Assembly (NCBI RefSeq): GCF_963921235.1
Contig: NC_086109.1
Coordinates: forward strand, 24,492,001 to 24,556,000
Source of the DNA: Mobula hypostoma
Taxonomy: Eukaryota
Length of the DNA: 64,000 nucleotides
Direction of reading: 5' to 3'
Shown: positions 10,546-22,435 of the stretch, piece after piece
How positions within the stretch are numbered: the stretch's first letter is position 1
How the letters are laid out: each line of letters starts with the position of its first letter
Notes under the pieces: generated by a model
The model's database searches: none
What the model was told of the DNA's origin: nothing
What the model saw: the letters and a program-made list of their open reading frames with translations, nothing else
Translations under genes and position numbers: made by a program

Positions 10546-12009
10546 AATTTCAGACTCGTCCCTGGTCGTGATTCAACCGTTAAGGAATGAGTTCGGCTCG
10601 TGTGATGCATCATGGGCAACATTGCAAAAACATGCTCACATGTACTGTGGATCTCAAAAAATGTATCTGCTTACTTTCGTAGTTAAGTCTTAACTGATTC
10701 CAGAAGCTTCTGCTATGCAAACTTCATGTTCGGAGTACGGAGAGTGACATATTTTCTCAAAGAAATAAAAATCTTCAAGTAATGACTGTGTATTGACAAT
10801 ATCACACCGTGGTTGCCAGCATTTGGAGACTTTTCTGAGTGGACTTTCCATTTTCCTTTCACCTATACCTGAAGTGGTTTGGGTAATAAACAAAATAATC
10901 AAAAAGCAAGGATTACATTTAGCTTTGGTCTGTGCACACATAAGTAATTGGTAGGTCAGCAGAATTGGATAATCTAGCGTAAGTGCAGCCAACCAGATGA
11001 CTTAGGCCTGCGTCCTTTGTTATTGAAGAAATTGACAAGATGTGAGCAGAATACAATCTCTGGGTCATCTTGCTGAGAGACTACAGGGTTATTGGTCTCA
11101 GTGAGCAGGTGCCTGGTGCTCTGTTGTCAATAATCCCCATTTCCACCCTAAACTGGTGTATGCCCTGCTGTGAATTGTTAGTTCAGCAACCCTTCCTCGG
11201 ACCTTGGATACCTTAGCAGAATCACAAGATTGGGGGAGTGTTAATGCGTGGATGTGGGCTATATGTCACAAAGCCGGTCTGCACAAAGTGCCTACAGCAT
11301 TTCCATATCGAGCTGGCTGGTCCTTGAGTCTCCCTGAGAGACAAAATTTGCTTTAATTTTCTTGAATCTGGGTCACCTCTGTAAAAACATGTCATTAAAC
11401 AACAGCAACTTACAAATGTTTAGTGGAATAAAAGAATAATTTCTTCTGATTTATATTATTTAGAAGAATCACTGGGAAAGATTAAAAGTAAATGGTAATT
11501 GGAAAAGAAAGAATATTCTATAGAGGTATAGAAGAGCTGTGGTTATGTTCGCAGACTAGTAATTCAGAATGTGCAAGTTCAAATCTCAACACAGCATATG
11601 GGAATTTGAATTCACATTTAAATATCTGAAAATTTTTAAAAAAGCTGCTATAGTTTGAAGTGACCATGCAGTTCTTGGATTGTTGTAAAAACCTCAGTGG
11701 TTTATTGATAGACACTTGCAATGGAAACATAAAGGCAGGGAAATTACATCCAGCTGGCAATGGTGTACTAAATTGATGAGGGGCAATAGGCCCCCCTGCA
11801 GAAAATTCTGATATGCACGAGGATTGGCACACACAAAGGCATTTCACTCACTCACTCTGTAATACGGCGCAACAGGTGCTTTCAAGGTCAAAGATGGACG
11901 TTGCGGTGGGTGTGGTTGGCAAATGGAGGTGGAAGTATTAGCAGGGGCTACTTTAAGATGGAACAGTTAAGTTGCCTATCAGAGGAGCGAGAATCCAAAC
12001 ACAACTCTA

Positions 12010-12410
12010 ATTATTATTGTTATTAATAATAATAATAATAATAATAATAGTAAATACTTTATTGATCCCGAGTGGGAAATGCTTTCATTACAGCAGTCAT
12101 ATTTAAAAACACAATTAGCAGTGTACAGACTTAACTAATAGTGAAGTGCAGAATAGTAATATACACAATAATAATTTACCAATGTGTAATAATCTGTAAT
12201 AATGTGCAATAATAATGTATGAAATATATGCAGCAGTTCGTTTTGGAAGGAGAGATTTTTGTAACAATCCTTGTGACAGTGGAGCTGAATGAGCCTATTC
12301 AAAAGGATGCTCCACTGCTTATTCAGTAGGTCATGGAGAGGATGTGCCAGATTGTCCATAATGGATAACAGCTTACGTATAACATTAATGGCAACCTGCT
12401 GCCATTGATC
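12010..12410 (-). mobile_element. Rex1-type LINE 3' end with (TTA)n tail
   Basis: Minus-strand KLLSIMDNLAHPLH..NRLIQLHCHKDCYK; (taa)n at ~12020-12050 followed by aaatactttattgatccc. Confidence 0.65.
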
Positions 12411-13334
12411 CTCGCTGTTTTCAAATCTATCCACCATCTCACTGCTTCTTACCACAACAACCTCCTTCAAGGCTCTTCTAACTATGATGTCTTGTGCATT
12501 CCCAATTCTCATGTCTAAACTATTAATATCCCTGCCTCCAACTAACGAGGCTTTCAGCTGTGGAATTTTCTCCCTAAACTTTTGTCATAAAAACTCTTTT
12601 TCCTTAAGATAGTCCTGCCTCTTTGAAGACGATTTTGGTCATTTGTCCTAATACCTCCTTCTGTAGACATGTATCAATTATATCTGTTAAAGCTGCTGTG
12701 AGTACCCTAGGAAATCTTAATATATTAAGGTTACTGAATAAAATTGTTTCTAGTATCATTGAAATACATCATTCCACAATCTCATGAGATTCATGTGGTA
12801 TCTTGACCAGTACATGATATCCAGCAGCACTTCTGACCGTTTAAAATCCAGTAAGGAGAAAGAAAGCTCTACGGATGCTATCAGTATCTCACTTCAGTGC
12901 CAATCCTTGTCATAGGCTAAACACCAACTAGCAACTAGTGGTAACCAATAGGAAAGAAGCACTTCAAAATTTCATCTTCACTATAAGAACTTAAAACCAG
13001 CAAAGCTACGGTCTAAATGAATCATAGCTGTCCTTAAACTTGCCTGTTCTAAGAAATAACATTTCAGCAGAAAACTGATCAATGAAAGTCAAAGAGCTTA
13101 ACATACAGGTCCAACTGATTTTGTAATTTATTAAAATAACCTCTGTAAATAGACAAAGATCAAAGAGTTGAAGCAGAAGAATCCTACTTCATGCCAAGTT
13201 TTAATACAACAGGAATGAAAGGAAGTGGAGTATCTCTTTACTTTTGTTGTGTTCTTAATTTTCATCTGTGGCTCTGTTGCATCATTCTCAACTCTAACAA
13301 AAAGTGACATCAGCATTCAACCTTTAGACGTAAG

Positions 13335-14960
13335 ACCTTAAGACCATAAAACAAAGGAGTAGAATTAGGCCACTTGGCCCAAAGGTACTGTTCCACCATT
13401 CCATCATGGCTGATTTATTATTTCTTTCAACCCCCATTCTCCTGCCTTTCTCTGTAACCTTCAAAGGCATCCGTTAGTCTTGTGAGACCATGGATGTGCG
13501 CCTGGAAAGTCTTCACTCTCCAGGGTGCAGGCCTGGGCAAGGTTGTATGGAAGACCGGCAGTTGCCCATGCTGCAAGTCTCCCCTCTTCACGACACCGAT
13601 GTTGTCCAAGGGAAGGACATTAGGACCCACACAGCTTGGCACCAGTGTCGTCGCAGAGCACTGAGTGATTAAGTGCCTTGCTCAAAGACACAACACGCTG
13701 CCTCGGCTGGGGCTCGAACTCACGACCTTCAGATTGCTAGTTGAATGCCTTAACCACTTGACCACGTGCCCACACACCTTTGATGTCCTGACAAATTAAG
13801 AACCTATCAGCTTCCACTTTAAATATGCTAAATGACTTGGCCTTCACAGCTGTCCATGGCGATTAATTTCGCAGATTCATCACCTCTGGCTAAAGAAATT
13901 CTTCCTCATCTCCATTCTAAATGGATGTCCCTCTATTCTGAGGCCGTGCCCTCTGGTCCTTGACTCACCGTTAAGCATTATCTCTGCAACCACTCTATCT
14001 TGGCCTGTCACTATTCAATGAGTTTCAATGAGATCCCACCTCATGTTTCTAAATTCCTTTGAGCACAGGCCCAGTACCATCAACCTTTCCTCATACAACA
14101 GCACTTCTGAAAGTTCAGCACTGCATCAGGATGTCAGTCTGGATTTTTCTTGCTCAAGTCTCCCATGTTGAGAAGTAATAGGCAATTGACAAAGAAGAGC
14201 CAGAATGATGTTGTTTACCCTTTCATTCCTGGAATCATTCTTGTGAACTTCCTCTGGACCCTCTCCAATGCAAGCACATCTTTTCTTTGATAAGGGGCCC
14301 AAAGCTCTTCACAATACTCCAAGTATTGCTGAGGCTTTATACTCCTAGTATAAAGGCTCAGCAATACATCTTTGCTTTAGTATTCTAGTCATTTCAAAAT
14401 GAATGCCAACGTTGTATTTGCTTTCCTTACTAGTGACTCATCCTGCAAGTTAATCTGAAGGGAGCTCTGCACAAGAGCTCCCAAGTCCCATTGCACTCTG
14501 ATTTTTGAATTCTCTCTGCATTTAGAAAATAGACTACACATTTCGTCTTTCTACCAAAGTGCAAAGTACTCTTCCCAACACTATCCCACTTTTTTCGCCC
14601 ATTCTCCCCATCTGTCCAAGTCATTCTGCAGATTCCCTGCTTCCCCAATGTGCCCCTCCACCTATCTACGCATTATCTGCAAACTTGGCCACTAACTCTT
14701 TAATTCCATCAGCCAAATCATAAACATGGAGTATAACTTGAAAAGAAGTGGTTCCAATACCGATCCCTGCGGAACAACACTAGTCACCAGCAGCCAGCCA
14801 GAAAAGGCCTCCTTTATTCCTTCTTTTTACCTACTGCCAGTCACCCAATCTTCTACCCGTGATAGTATCTTTCCTGCAATACCATGGGCTCATATCTTGT
14901 TCAGCAGCCTCACGACAATCACCTTGTCAAAGGCCTTCTGAAATCCAAGTAAACAACTTG
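13335..14960 (-). mobile_element. CR1 LINE 3' portion, fragmented, with a SINE inserted
   Basis: Same 3' UTR as 7873; RT remnants including aaggccttctgaaatccaagtaaac (YLDFRRP, a decayed YLDF.KAF motif, on the minus strand) and gatccctgcggaacaacac (GVPQGS-type). Confidence 0.8.
13462..13775 (-). mobile_element. tRNA-derived SINE, apparently full length
   Basis: Minus strand has A box gtggtcaagtgg, B box gagttcgagcc, CORE-like tgtgtctttgagcaaggcacttaa and a LINE-like tail; flanked by an acctt direct repeat (13457-13461 and 13776-13780) inside the CR1 UTR. Confidence 0.8.
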
Positions 14961-15849
14961 GCTCTCCTTTGTCAATCGCCTGTTATTTCTCAACATGTGG
15001 GACTTGAGCAAGAAGATTCCAGATTGGCAACCTGATGCAATGCTGAAATTTCTGAGGTGTTGCTATTTGATATTTGATATATTAATTTGATGATTGGTAT
15101 TAGACATTTTCATGCTCTGAATAAGTTTACTAGCCTTAATTTATTCAAAAGAATAGAAGTTTTTTCCCCCTGTTATATTTGTATCAAGCTTTACAGAATT
15201 ACTCAGTATCAAGTTGTGTAAAACCATCAGTGGATTTTCATCAGTAGCAAAGTAAACATCAGCATTTGAACCTGGAATCTCTCCTTGTTCTCCCACCCAT
15301 CTGGTTTCTATTTGGAAAAAGTGGCACATTAAATTAACTGCGAGTCAAATGAAAGGTCACTTACCATCTGGATAAATATTAATTGATCAGCTGGACATTG
15401 AAAAATGTCTGCAGTCTGCTTCAGATTCCCATAACAACCATATTTCCATTGTAAACTCTATTCTGAGAAGGCAGTAATGAAGACAGGAAGTTTCTCAGGC
15501 AAGCATTTCCTGCAGTAGATACAAAAGCACTGTTACTGTATCAATTGACTTATTTTACAGCCAAAGTTTGCAAAATTTCCCTGTTGTTTATACACTTAAA
15601 AATGCCAAATGTTTTCACATGTGTGTCTGCATATCTATATGCTGCTGGTCTTATTGATGCCCTGAATGGGAGCAGAGAAGGTGGACCTGAGGTTCTTACG
15701 TGGAGGAGATATGCATATAGGTTGATCTCCATGTCAATCAGCAAGTAACACCAAAGGTAACAAATCAAAGATGCAGCGGGCACCACATGGTAGGAAAATT
15801 CAGCATAGATTCAAGAAGGAATTTTTTACATCTGGTTTGAGAAAGAATT

Positions 15850-16360
15850 TTTATGCTGTTCTGGTCACCTACCTACAGGTAAGATGTCAATAAGATTGAA
15901 AAAGTGCAGAGAAAATTTACAAGGATGTTGCTAAGACTTGATGACCTGAGTTATAGGGAAAGTTGAATAGATTAGGACTTTAGTCCCTTGAGCATAGGAA
16001 CCAGAAAGAGGGAAGATTTAATAGAGGTATACAAAATTCTGAGAACTAAAGATAGCGTAAATGCAAGCAGACTTTCCTAAGACTGGGTGAAACTAGAGGT
16101 CATGCGTTAAAAGTGAAAGATGAAACGTTTGAGGGGAACTTCTTCATTCAGAGGGTTGCGAGAGAGTGGAACGAGCTGCCAGAGGAAGTGATGAGTGTGG
16201 CTTCGATTTCAACATTTAGGAGAAATTTGGTTAGGTCCATGGCTGAGAGGGGGATGGAGGGCTATGTCCAGGCAGGTCAATCGGACTAGGTAAATTAATG
16301 GTTTGGCATGGACAAAATGGAGCGTATGTTTCTGTGCTGTAGTGCTCTATGACTCTATCA
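15850..16360 (+). mobile_element. CR1 LINE 3' fragment
   Basis: KIEKVQRKFTRML..LSYRE and GNFFIQRVAREWNELP; tail ctctatgactctat; homologous to 49726-50240. Confidence 0.85.
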
Positions 16361-16549
16361 GTGTTGCTTAAACGACTCATTGATTTGCTTTTGTTCCTAA
16401 CAAGGAAAGAATAGAATCTATTGCCTCTTCTTAATTGTCCTAGTGGAAATGGTGGTAAACTGTTATCTTATACTGCTCAGTTCTTATAAATATTAGGTGC
16501 TGAGTGAAAGGTTTTGGCCCAATGAGGTTGTAACGATTTTGGAAGTGGA

Positions 16550-16985
16550 AATGGTTAATTATTGTTCGATATACCAAGGTGCAGTGAAATGTTTGTCTTG
16601 TATACTGTTCATCTAGATCAAATCATTGCACAGTGCAATGGAAAAACAAGGGAAAAACAAAACAGATTTTAGAATAAATTGTGACAGTTACAGAGAAAAT
16701 GCAATGCTGACAGAAAATAATGTTCAAGACTGTGGCATCTTATCGTACTAGGAGTTTGTTCAAAAGTCTTATCACAATGGGATAAAGCTGTCCTTGAGAC
16801 TGGTGTTACATGCTTTTAGGCTTTTGTACTTTCTGCCTGATGGAGGACGGAGAAAAGAGAACATTTGGTGTTGGTGGGATCTTTGATTATGATACCCACT
16901 TTACCTAGACAGCAAGATGTGTAGATAGAGTCCATGGAGGGGAGCGTGGTATCTGTGATGTGCTGAACTGTGTCCACAACTCTCT
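16550..16985 (-). mobile_element. Rex1-type LINE 3' fragment
   Basis: Minus-strand RVVDTVQHITDTTLPSMDSIYTSCCLGKVGIIIKDPT. Confidence 0.7.
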
Positions 16986-17513
16986 TGAAATAGAAGTTGC
17001 AGTTATTGGCATTCCTTTTCACCAGCTCTCCTTGATAGAGATCACTGCCAAGGCGAGTTTTCAAAGGACATGGTGAATGGTACAGACTGTAGCGATATTG
17101 AATTGAATTGAATTGACTTTATTACTTACATCATTCATATACATGAGGAGTAAAAATCTTTACGTTACGTCTCTGTCTAAATGTGCGATGTGCAATTTAT
17201 AGTAATTTGTAATAAATATTATGTACAACAGGACAGTCAATATAACATAGAAATACATTTGTATCAGCATGAATTAATCATTCTGATGGCCTGGTGGAAG
17301 AAGCTGTCTTGGAGTCTGTTGGTCCTGGCTTTTATGCTGCAGTACCATTTTCTGGATGGTAGCAGCTGGAACAGTTTATGATTGGGGTGACAAAGAATGA
17401 TCCTTCAGGCCCTTCTTACACACCTGTCTTTGTAAATGTCCTGAATAGTGGGAAGTTCACATCTACAGATGCACTGGGCTGTCCGTACCACACTCTGTAG
17501 AGTCCTGTGATTG

Positions 17514-18070
17514 TTGTTCGTCCATCGTTGACGTCGATGAGGACCTCGACACCATAATGATGGTGTCGAGACTAGCGCGTGATTTGGATTTAAGTGAGGG
17601 AGAGTTGTGCAGCGTCAGCCTCACTCTCTCTTCCCAATTCCCATCTGGGTCCAGTGGCAAGACAGAGTCTAGATGGCTGGAGATGGGACTAGGCGCAGTG
17701 GATGACCAGGACGTCTTCTGTGTCTTGTCCTGCTCCACACATTCCACGACGCTTGCAGAGACCGCCTTCTTGACCGTTGGACCTTCCATTGGTCTCGTCC
17801 GCTCAATCCGCCGGAGTCTGTCTTCACATGCTGGGATAGACAACTCCCTATCTCACCGAGGGTTTGAGATCCGTCGGCTACCCTCACCTGGTTTAGCCGG
17901 CTTGTCGAAGCCGTTGCCCGGGGTGTGGCCGATGTCGCATGCAAACAGCTACGAGGAGCCACAGGTGAGAGCTGAGTGCCAGGTAGGGACCAAAGGTGGA
18001 CTAACCGCCCTGAAAAGGACGTGACGTGTTCCCCCACCAGAGGTGCTACCCCTCCCTGACACCCCATATA
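17514..18070 (-). mobile_element. ~560-bp non-coding RTE-type non-autonomous retroposon, copy 1
   Basis: Reverse-complement homolog of 38110-38675 over its full length; (CAA)n-like tail; imperfect TSD cctgtgattg (17504-17513) / cctttgtttg (18071-18080). Confidence 0.8.
17880..18070 (-). ncRNA. Candidate HDV-like self-cleaving ribozyme, copy 1
   Basis: Minus strand: P2 GCUCUCACCUG/CAGGUGAGGGU, P3 GGC/GCC, L3 starting UCCUCGU, P1 3' strand ACACCCC, GG-GCAAC, P4 GGCUU-CGAC-AAGCC, J4/2 GCUAA (C at 17896). Confidence 0.65.
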
Positions 18071-20017
18071 CCTTTGTTTGAGGGAAGTACAGTTCCCATA
18101 CCAGGCAGTGATGCAGCCAGTCAGGACGCTGTCAATTGTGCCCCTGTAGAAATTTCTTAGGATTTGGGGACTCATACCAAATTTCTTCAACTGTCTGAGG
18201 TGAAAGAGGCGTTGTTGTGCCTTTTTCACCACACAGCCAGTATGTACAGACCACATGAGATCTTCGGTGATGTGTATGCTGAGGAACTTCAAGCTTTTCA
18301 CCCTCTCAGCCCCAGATCCATTGACGTCAATAGGAGTTAGCCTGTCTCCATTCCTCCTGTAGTCCACAACCAGGTCCTTTTTGCAACATTGAGGGAAAGG
18401 TTGTTTTTTTGACGCCACTGTGTCAGGGTGATAATTTCATCTCCGCAGGCTGCCTCATTATTATTTGAGATTAGGGCAATCAGTGTAGTATCATCAGCAA
18501 ATTTATTTAGCAGATTGGAGCTGTGGACAGTGACATAGTCATGGGTATACAGAGAGTAAAGGAGGGGGCTTAGGACACAGCCCTGAGGGGCGCCTGTGTT
18601 GAGGATCAGAGGTGCAGAGGTGAGGGAGCCCACTCTTACCACCTGCCGGTAATCTGACAGGAAGTCCAAGATGCAGCTACATGTGGCAGGGTAAAGGCTG
18701 AGGCCTCTGAGCTTCTTGTCGAGCCTGGAGGGAATTATGGTGTTGAATGTTGAACTGTAGTCCAAGAACAGCATTCTCACATCAGTGGTGCTGTTAATTA
18801 AATATATAAGGATGTTGATTCTTTAATTTTTTTTTAAAAAGGAGATATTCTCACTTTTGCCTTGGCAAGTACTATGATTGAAAATATATTTTGATAATCC
18901 AATGAGTCTCCAATTTCAGATAACTAACTTGTAAGGTCTCAGCTAAATGTGATACTATATGTTAAAAGGCATTTAGACAGGTACATGGATAGGAAAAATT
19001 AGACGGTCATGGACAAAGTGGGTCTGACTGAAGGACCTGTTTCCATGCTGTATAACTCAAAGTTGAGGTGTTGCAGTATAGATTTGCTGGATTGATACTT
19101 GGAGCAGGAAAGAGTTTCAGATGAAGCTTTGCAATGGCATTATGGTCAAATATCAAAGTACACAAACTTAATGCAATTAGCAGATGAGCCAAAAGGAAAT
19201 TAAAAGTTATTTCTATATTCTGTATTCAATTGTTATTATCTGAAATGTATTGCCTAGCAATGTGGTGAAAAGTTCTAAAGTACTTTTTAATGAGAATTGG
19301 ACAAAAACATAAAGATGAATAATTAGCACAGCAATGACAAAGGAATGGCAAGAAGGAAAGTAATTTAGCAGCCTATTGAAAGAAGCATTATGGGTCAAAA
19401 TTCATTCTCTCTCCCCCACCTCTCTCTCTTCCCCCCTCCCCCCTCTTTCTAAAAGTCCACGGACTGAAAGAGGTTTTGAGTATGCCAGATAAAAAGATGA
19501 AGAAGTTTATCTGTTACGTATTTGAGGTTTGCTACAAATTAAGGTGACAAACAATCCTTTTGGGACAGTAGCAGTAATCATTTCTCCAAACAGTCCCGGT
19601 GCTTTATATTCAGAAATATATCTATACTATTGAATTGAATTTTAGGATACTTTAAATTGAGGCCTTGTCTGTCCTTTCTCATAGGCTATTTCATAATAGT
19701 AATCTACTATTTTTACTTCGCTATCATTCCATATACCCGTCAATCAATGGAGAGCTTGAATTGGAAATTGATTTTTGGTTGTTAGAGCTAAAATTATACA
19801 CATAGTAACTATTAAATTCCATGGGATTGAATTCTGGAAAATATACACACGGCTGCTACAATATAAGGGAATTTAGCACAAGTGATTGAGAACAAACTTC
19901 TACACAAAATTTCTCTCGGTAAAACTTAAGTTGCTATTACCATTAATTAACATCATCTCAAGTTTCTGAGGACTGAGGTCGCTGTGTCTACAAGCTTAAC
20001 TTATCAATAACTTATCT

Positions 20018-20533
20018 TTGCCATAGAGGGAGTACAAAGAAGGTTCACCAGATTGATTCCTGGGATGGCAGGACTTTCATATGAAGAAAGACTGGATGAA
20101 CTGGGCTTGTACTCGTTGGAATTTAGAAGATTGAGGGGGGATCTGATTGAAACGTATAAGATCCTAAAGGGATTGGACAGGCTAGATGCAGGAAGATTGT
20201 TCCCGATGTTGGGGAAGTCCAGAACGAGGGGTCACAGTTTGAGGATAGAGGGGAAGCCTTTTAGGACCGAGATTAGGAAAAACTTCTTCACACAGAGAGT
20301 GGTGAATCTGTGGAATTCTCTGCCACAGGAAACAGTTGAGGCCAGTTCATTGGCTATATTTAAGAGGGAGTTAGATATGGCCCTTGTGGCTACAGGGGTC
20401 AGGGGGTATGGAGGGAAGGCTGGGGCGGGGTTCTGAGTTGGATGATCAGCCATGATCATAATAAATGGCGGTGCAGGCTCGAAGGGCCGAATGGCCTACT
20501 CCTGCATCTATTTTCCATGTTTCTATGTTTCTA
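20018..20533 (+). mobile_element. CR1 LINE 3' fragment with intact frame
   Basis: ORF 20053-20436 GLSYEERLDELGLYSLEFRRLRGDLIETYKILKG..KNFFTQRVVNLWNSLP; (tttctatg)n tail. Confidence 0.93.
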
Positions 20534-20917
20534 TAACTGAGGACCATAGGAAACATGGTTCTAATTTGAACCTCTTTTGGTACAACTGGAAACTTGCCTC
20601 TGCACTAATTTTTACTGAACTTCATTTTTTGGCTCTGATCATGAGCGAGACACGTAATGGTGACCATTTCTTGTCATTTCAAACTCATTATACCTGGGCT
20701 TCATAAATAACATGCAATTAAAAAAACCATAGGTGATGTGTATTAGAAAGTTTACAACAGTGCCAATTTCAGTAAATATCTCCTTTCACCACTTTCAGAG
20801 CATCACTAAACACAATGTGGGCACTGTAGTATTTCTGAAGAGTAGTCTCTTCTTCATTATAGGAAATACAACACCTAATACGAGCACAGATGAGCCTACA
20901 AGCAATGATGATCAGGG

Positions 20918-21240
20918 AACACAAGAGTTTCTGCAGATCCTGGAAATTCAGTGTAACACACACAAAATGTTGGAGGAACTTAGCAGGTCAGGCAGTAGCT
21001 ATGGAAAGAAAGAAATGGTCGACGTTTCGGGCCGAGACCTTTCATCGGGACTAGAAAGGAAAGGGGAAAGAAGCCAAAATTAGAAGGTAGTGTGAGGGGA
21101 AGGAGTGCAAGCTGGAAGGTGATAGGTGAGGCTAGGTGAGGTAGAAGGCAGGCGGGTGGGGGAGCAAGCAGTAATTGAGAAGCTGGGAGGCGATAGATGG
21201 AAAAGGGAAATGGGCTAAAGAAGAAGGACTCAGGTAATCT
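20918..21240 (-). mobile_element. PLE 3' end fragment with mutated hammerhead motif
   Basis: Reverse complement of 21017-21052 is agtcccgatgaaaggtctcggcccgaaacgtcgacc; flanks match other PLE ends. Confidence 0.8.
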
Positions 21241-21929
21241 GTGGTCAGGTGATCCGATAATCTGTGCTATCAATCTTCATTAAGTGATAAATATTGACAA
21301 TGACTTAAACCAATTTAAATCAAATTCCTACAGTTAATGCTTGTTCTCGGGTTGCTTGTTTTCATTTCCTGCATCATGACTCCTTTTAAAGGTCTGATTC
21401 CTTTCACTATAAAGATCCATTGCTTTTCTGGAAGGTGCATGCTTGGACACACATCAGTACTGGATTCTCTAAGCCCTCTTTAAGTTCCCTTGGAGATGGT
21501 GGGATTCTGAGGGACCTGAGTGCCAAGTGTGCCTGCAGCAGTATTAGAAATGGGGCAGGAATCTCCTGAAACGCAAACAAAAGGTTAGTGGGAGGACAAC
21601 ACTTTAGAAAGTATGTTTGTTGCTGCTTTCTTTTCTCCACACTAAAACTTGACAAGACTACATAACTGGTAACCCTTATTTGACAATATTTACAAAGGAA
21701 TATAACTATTTAAAACTGAATGACACATTCTCTGCTGCTATTGTTCTTTGCTATGCCATTTGAGATCAGTTGCAGTTCTATTTGCACTGAAGTGTTAATT
21801 TATCCTTTCAACTTTAATCTTCAATTCATTTTAATATCCATGCAATTATCCTCATTCCTGGATTCTAGAAGTGTTGAAACTAGATTCTCCACCATCTAAC
21901 ATTTCCAATTCTCATTATTCATTGGTAGA

Positions 21930-22435
21930 CGCACATTTCAATTCTACTTCCCATTCTCATTCTGACATGTCAGTCCATGGCCTCTTCTACTGCTGTAATG
22001 AGGCCACACTCAGGTTAGTGAAGCAACACCTTATATTCTGCTTGGGTAGCCTCCAACCTGATTGCAGGAACATCAATTTCTTGAACTTCTGGTAATTACC
22101 CACTCCCCTCCCCCCCCCAATCACCATTCCCCATTCTTGTTTCCCACTGTCAGCTTATCTTCTTACCTGACCATCACGTCCCTCTGGTACTCTTCTCCCT
22201 TTTCTCTTTTTCCATGGTCTTCTACCCCCTCCTATCAGATTTTCAGTCTCCAGTCCTTTATCTCTTTTACCAACCACCTTGTATGTCTTCCTCCCCTCCC
22301 CCAACTTCTTATACTGACTTCTAATCTTTCTTTCCCATTCTGATGAAGGGTCACAGCCCAAAACAACGACTGTTTACTCTTTTCCATAGATGCTGCCTGG
22401 CCTGCAGAGTTCCTCCAGCAATTTGTGTGTGATGC
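21930..22435 (+). mobile_element. PLE 3' fragment (GIY-YIG C-terminus and UTR)
   Basis: HFNSTSHSHSDMSVHGLFYC..LVKQHLIFCLGSLQP; pyrimidine-rich UTR; decayed ctgatga motif at ~22340. Confidence 0.85.

Larger units (their letters stand above)
17098..18782 (-). mobile_element. Rex1/Babar-type LINE RT fragment, interrupted by the RTE-type retroposon
   Basis: RMLFLDYSSTFNTIIP, TGAPQGCVLSPLLYSLYTHD, KFADDTTL, QQRLFHLRQLKKFG; (ttgaa)n tail at ~17098-17118. Confidence 0.92.

Noticed and set aside
11040..11340. LF-SINE-like ancient element
   Set aside because: Only short scattered word matches from memory; too weak without an alignment.
13700..13775. tRNA gene (also at ~29722-29790)
   Set aside because: A and B boxes are present but run on into SINE bodies; I could not support a clean cloverleaf or terminator.
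17463..18024. Overlapping 126-169 aa ORFs on both strands, repeated at 38162-38732, as a novel conserved gene pair
   Set aside because: They are readings of the same GC-rich retroposon in two copies; there are no recognisable domains, and the similarity reflects the repeat.
20845..20920. Plus-strand exon after the acceptor-like tcttcttcattatag
   Set aside because: No donor site before the PLE fragment and no recognisable peptide.
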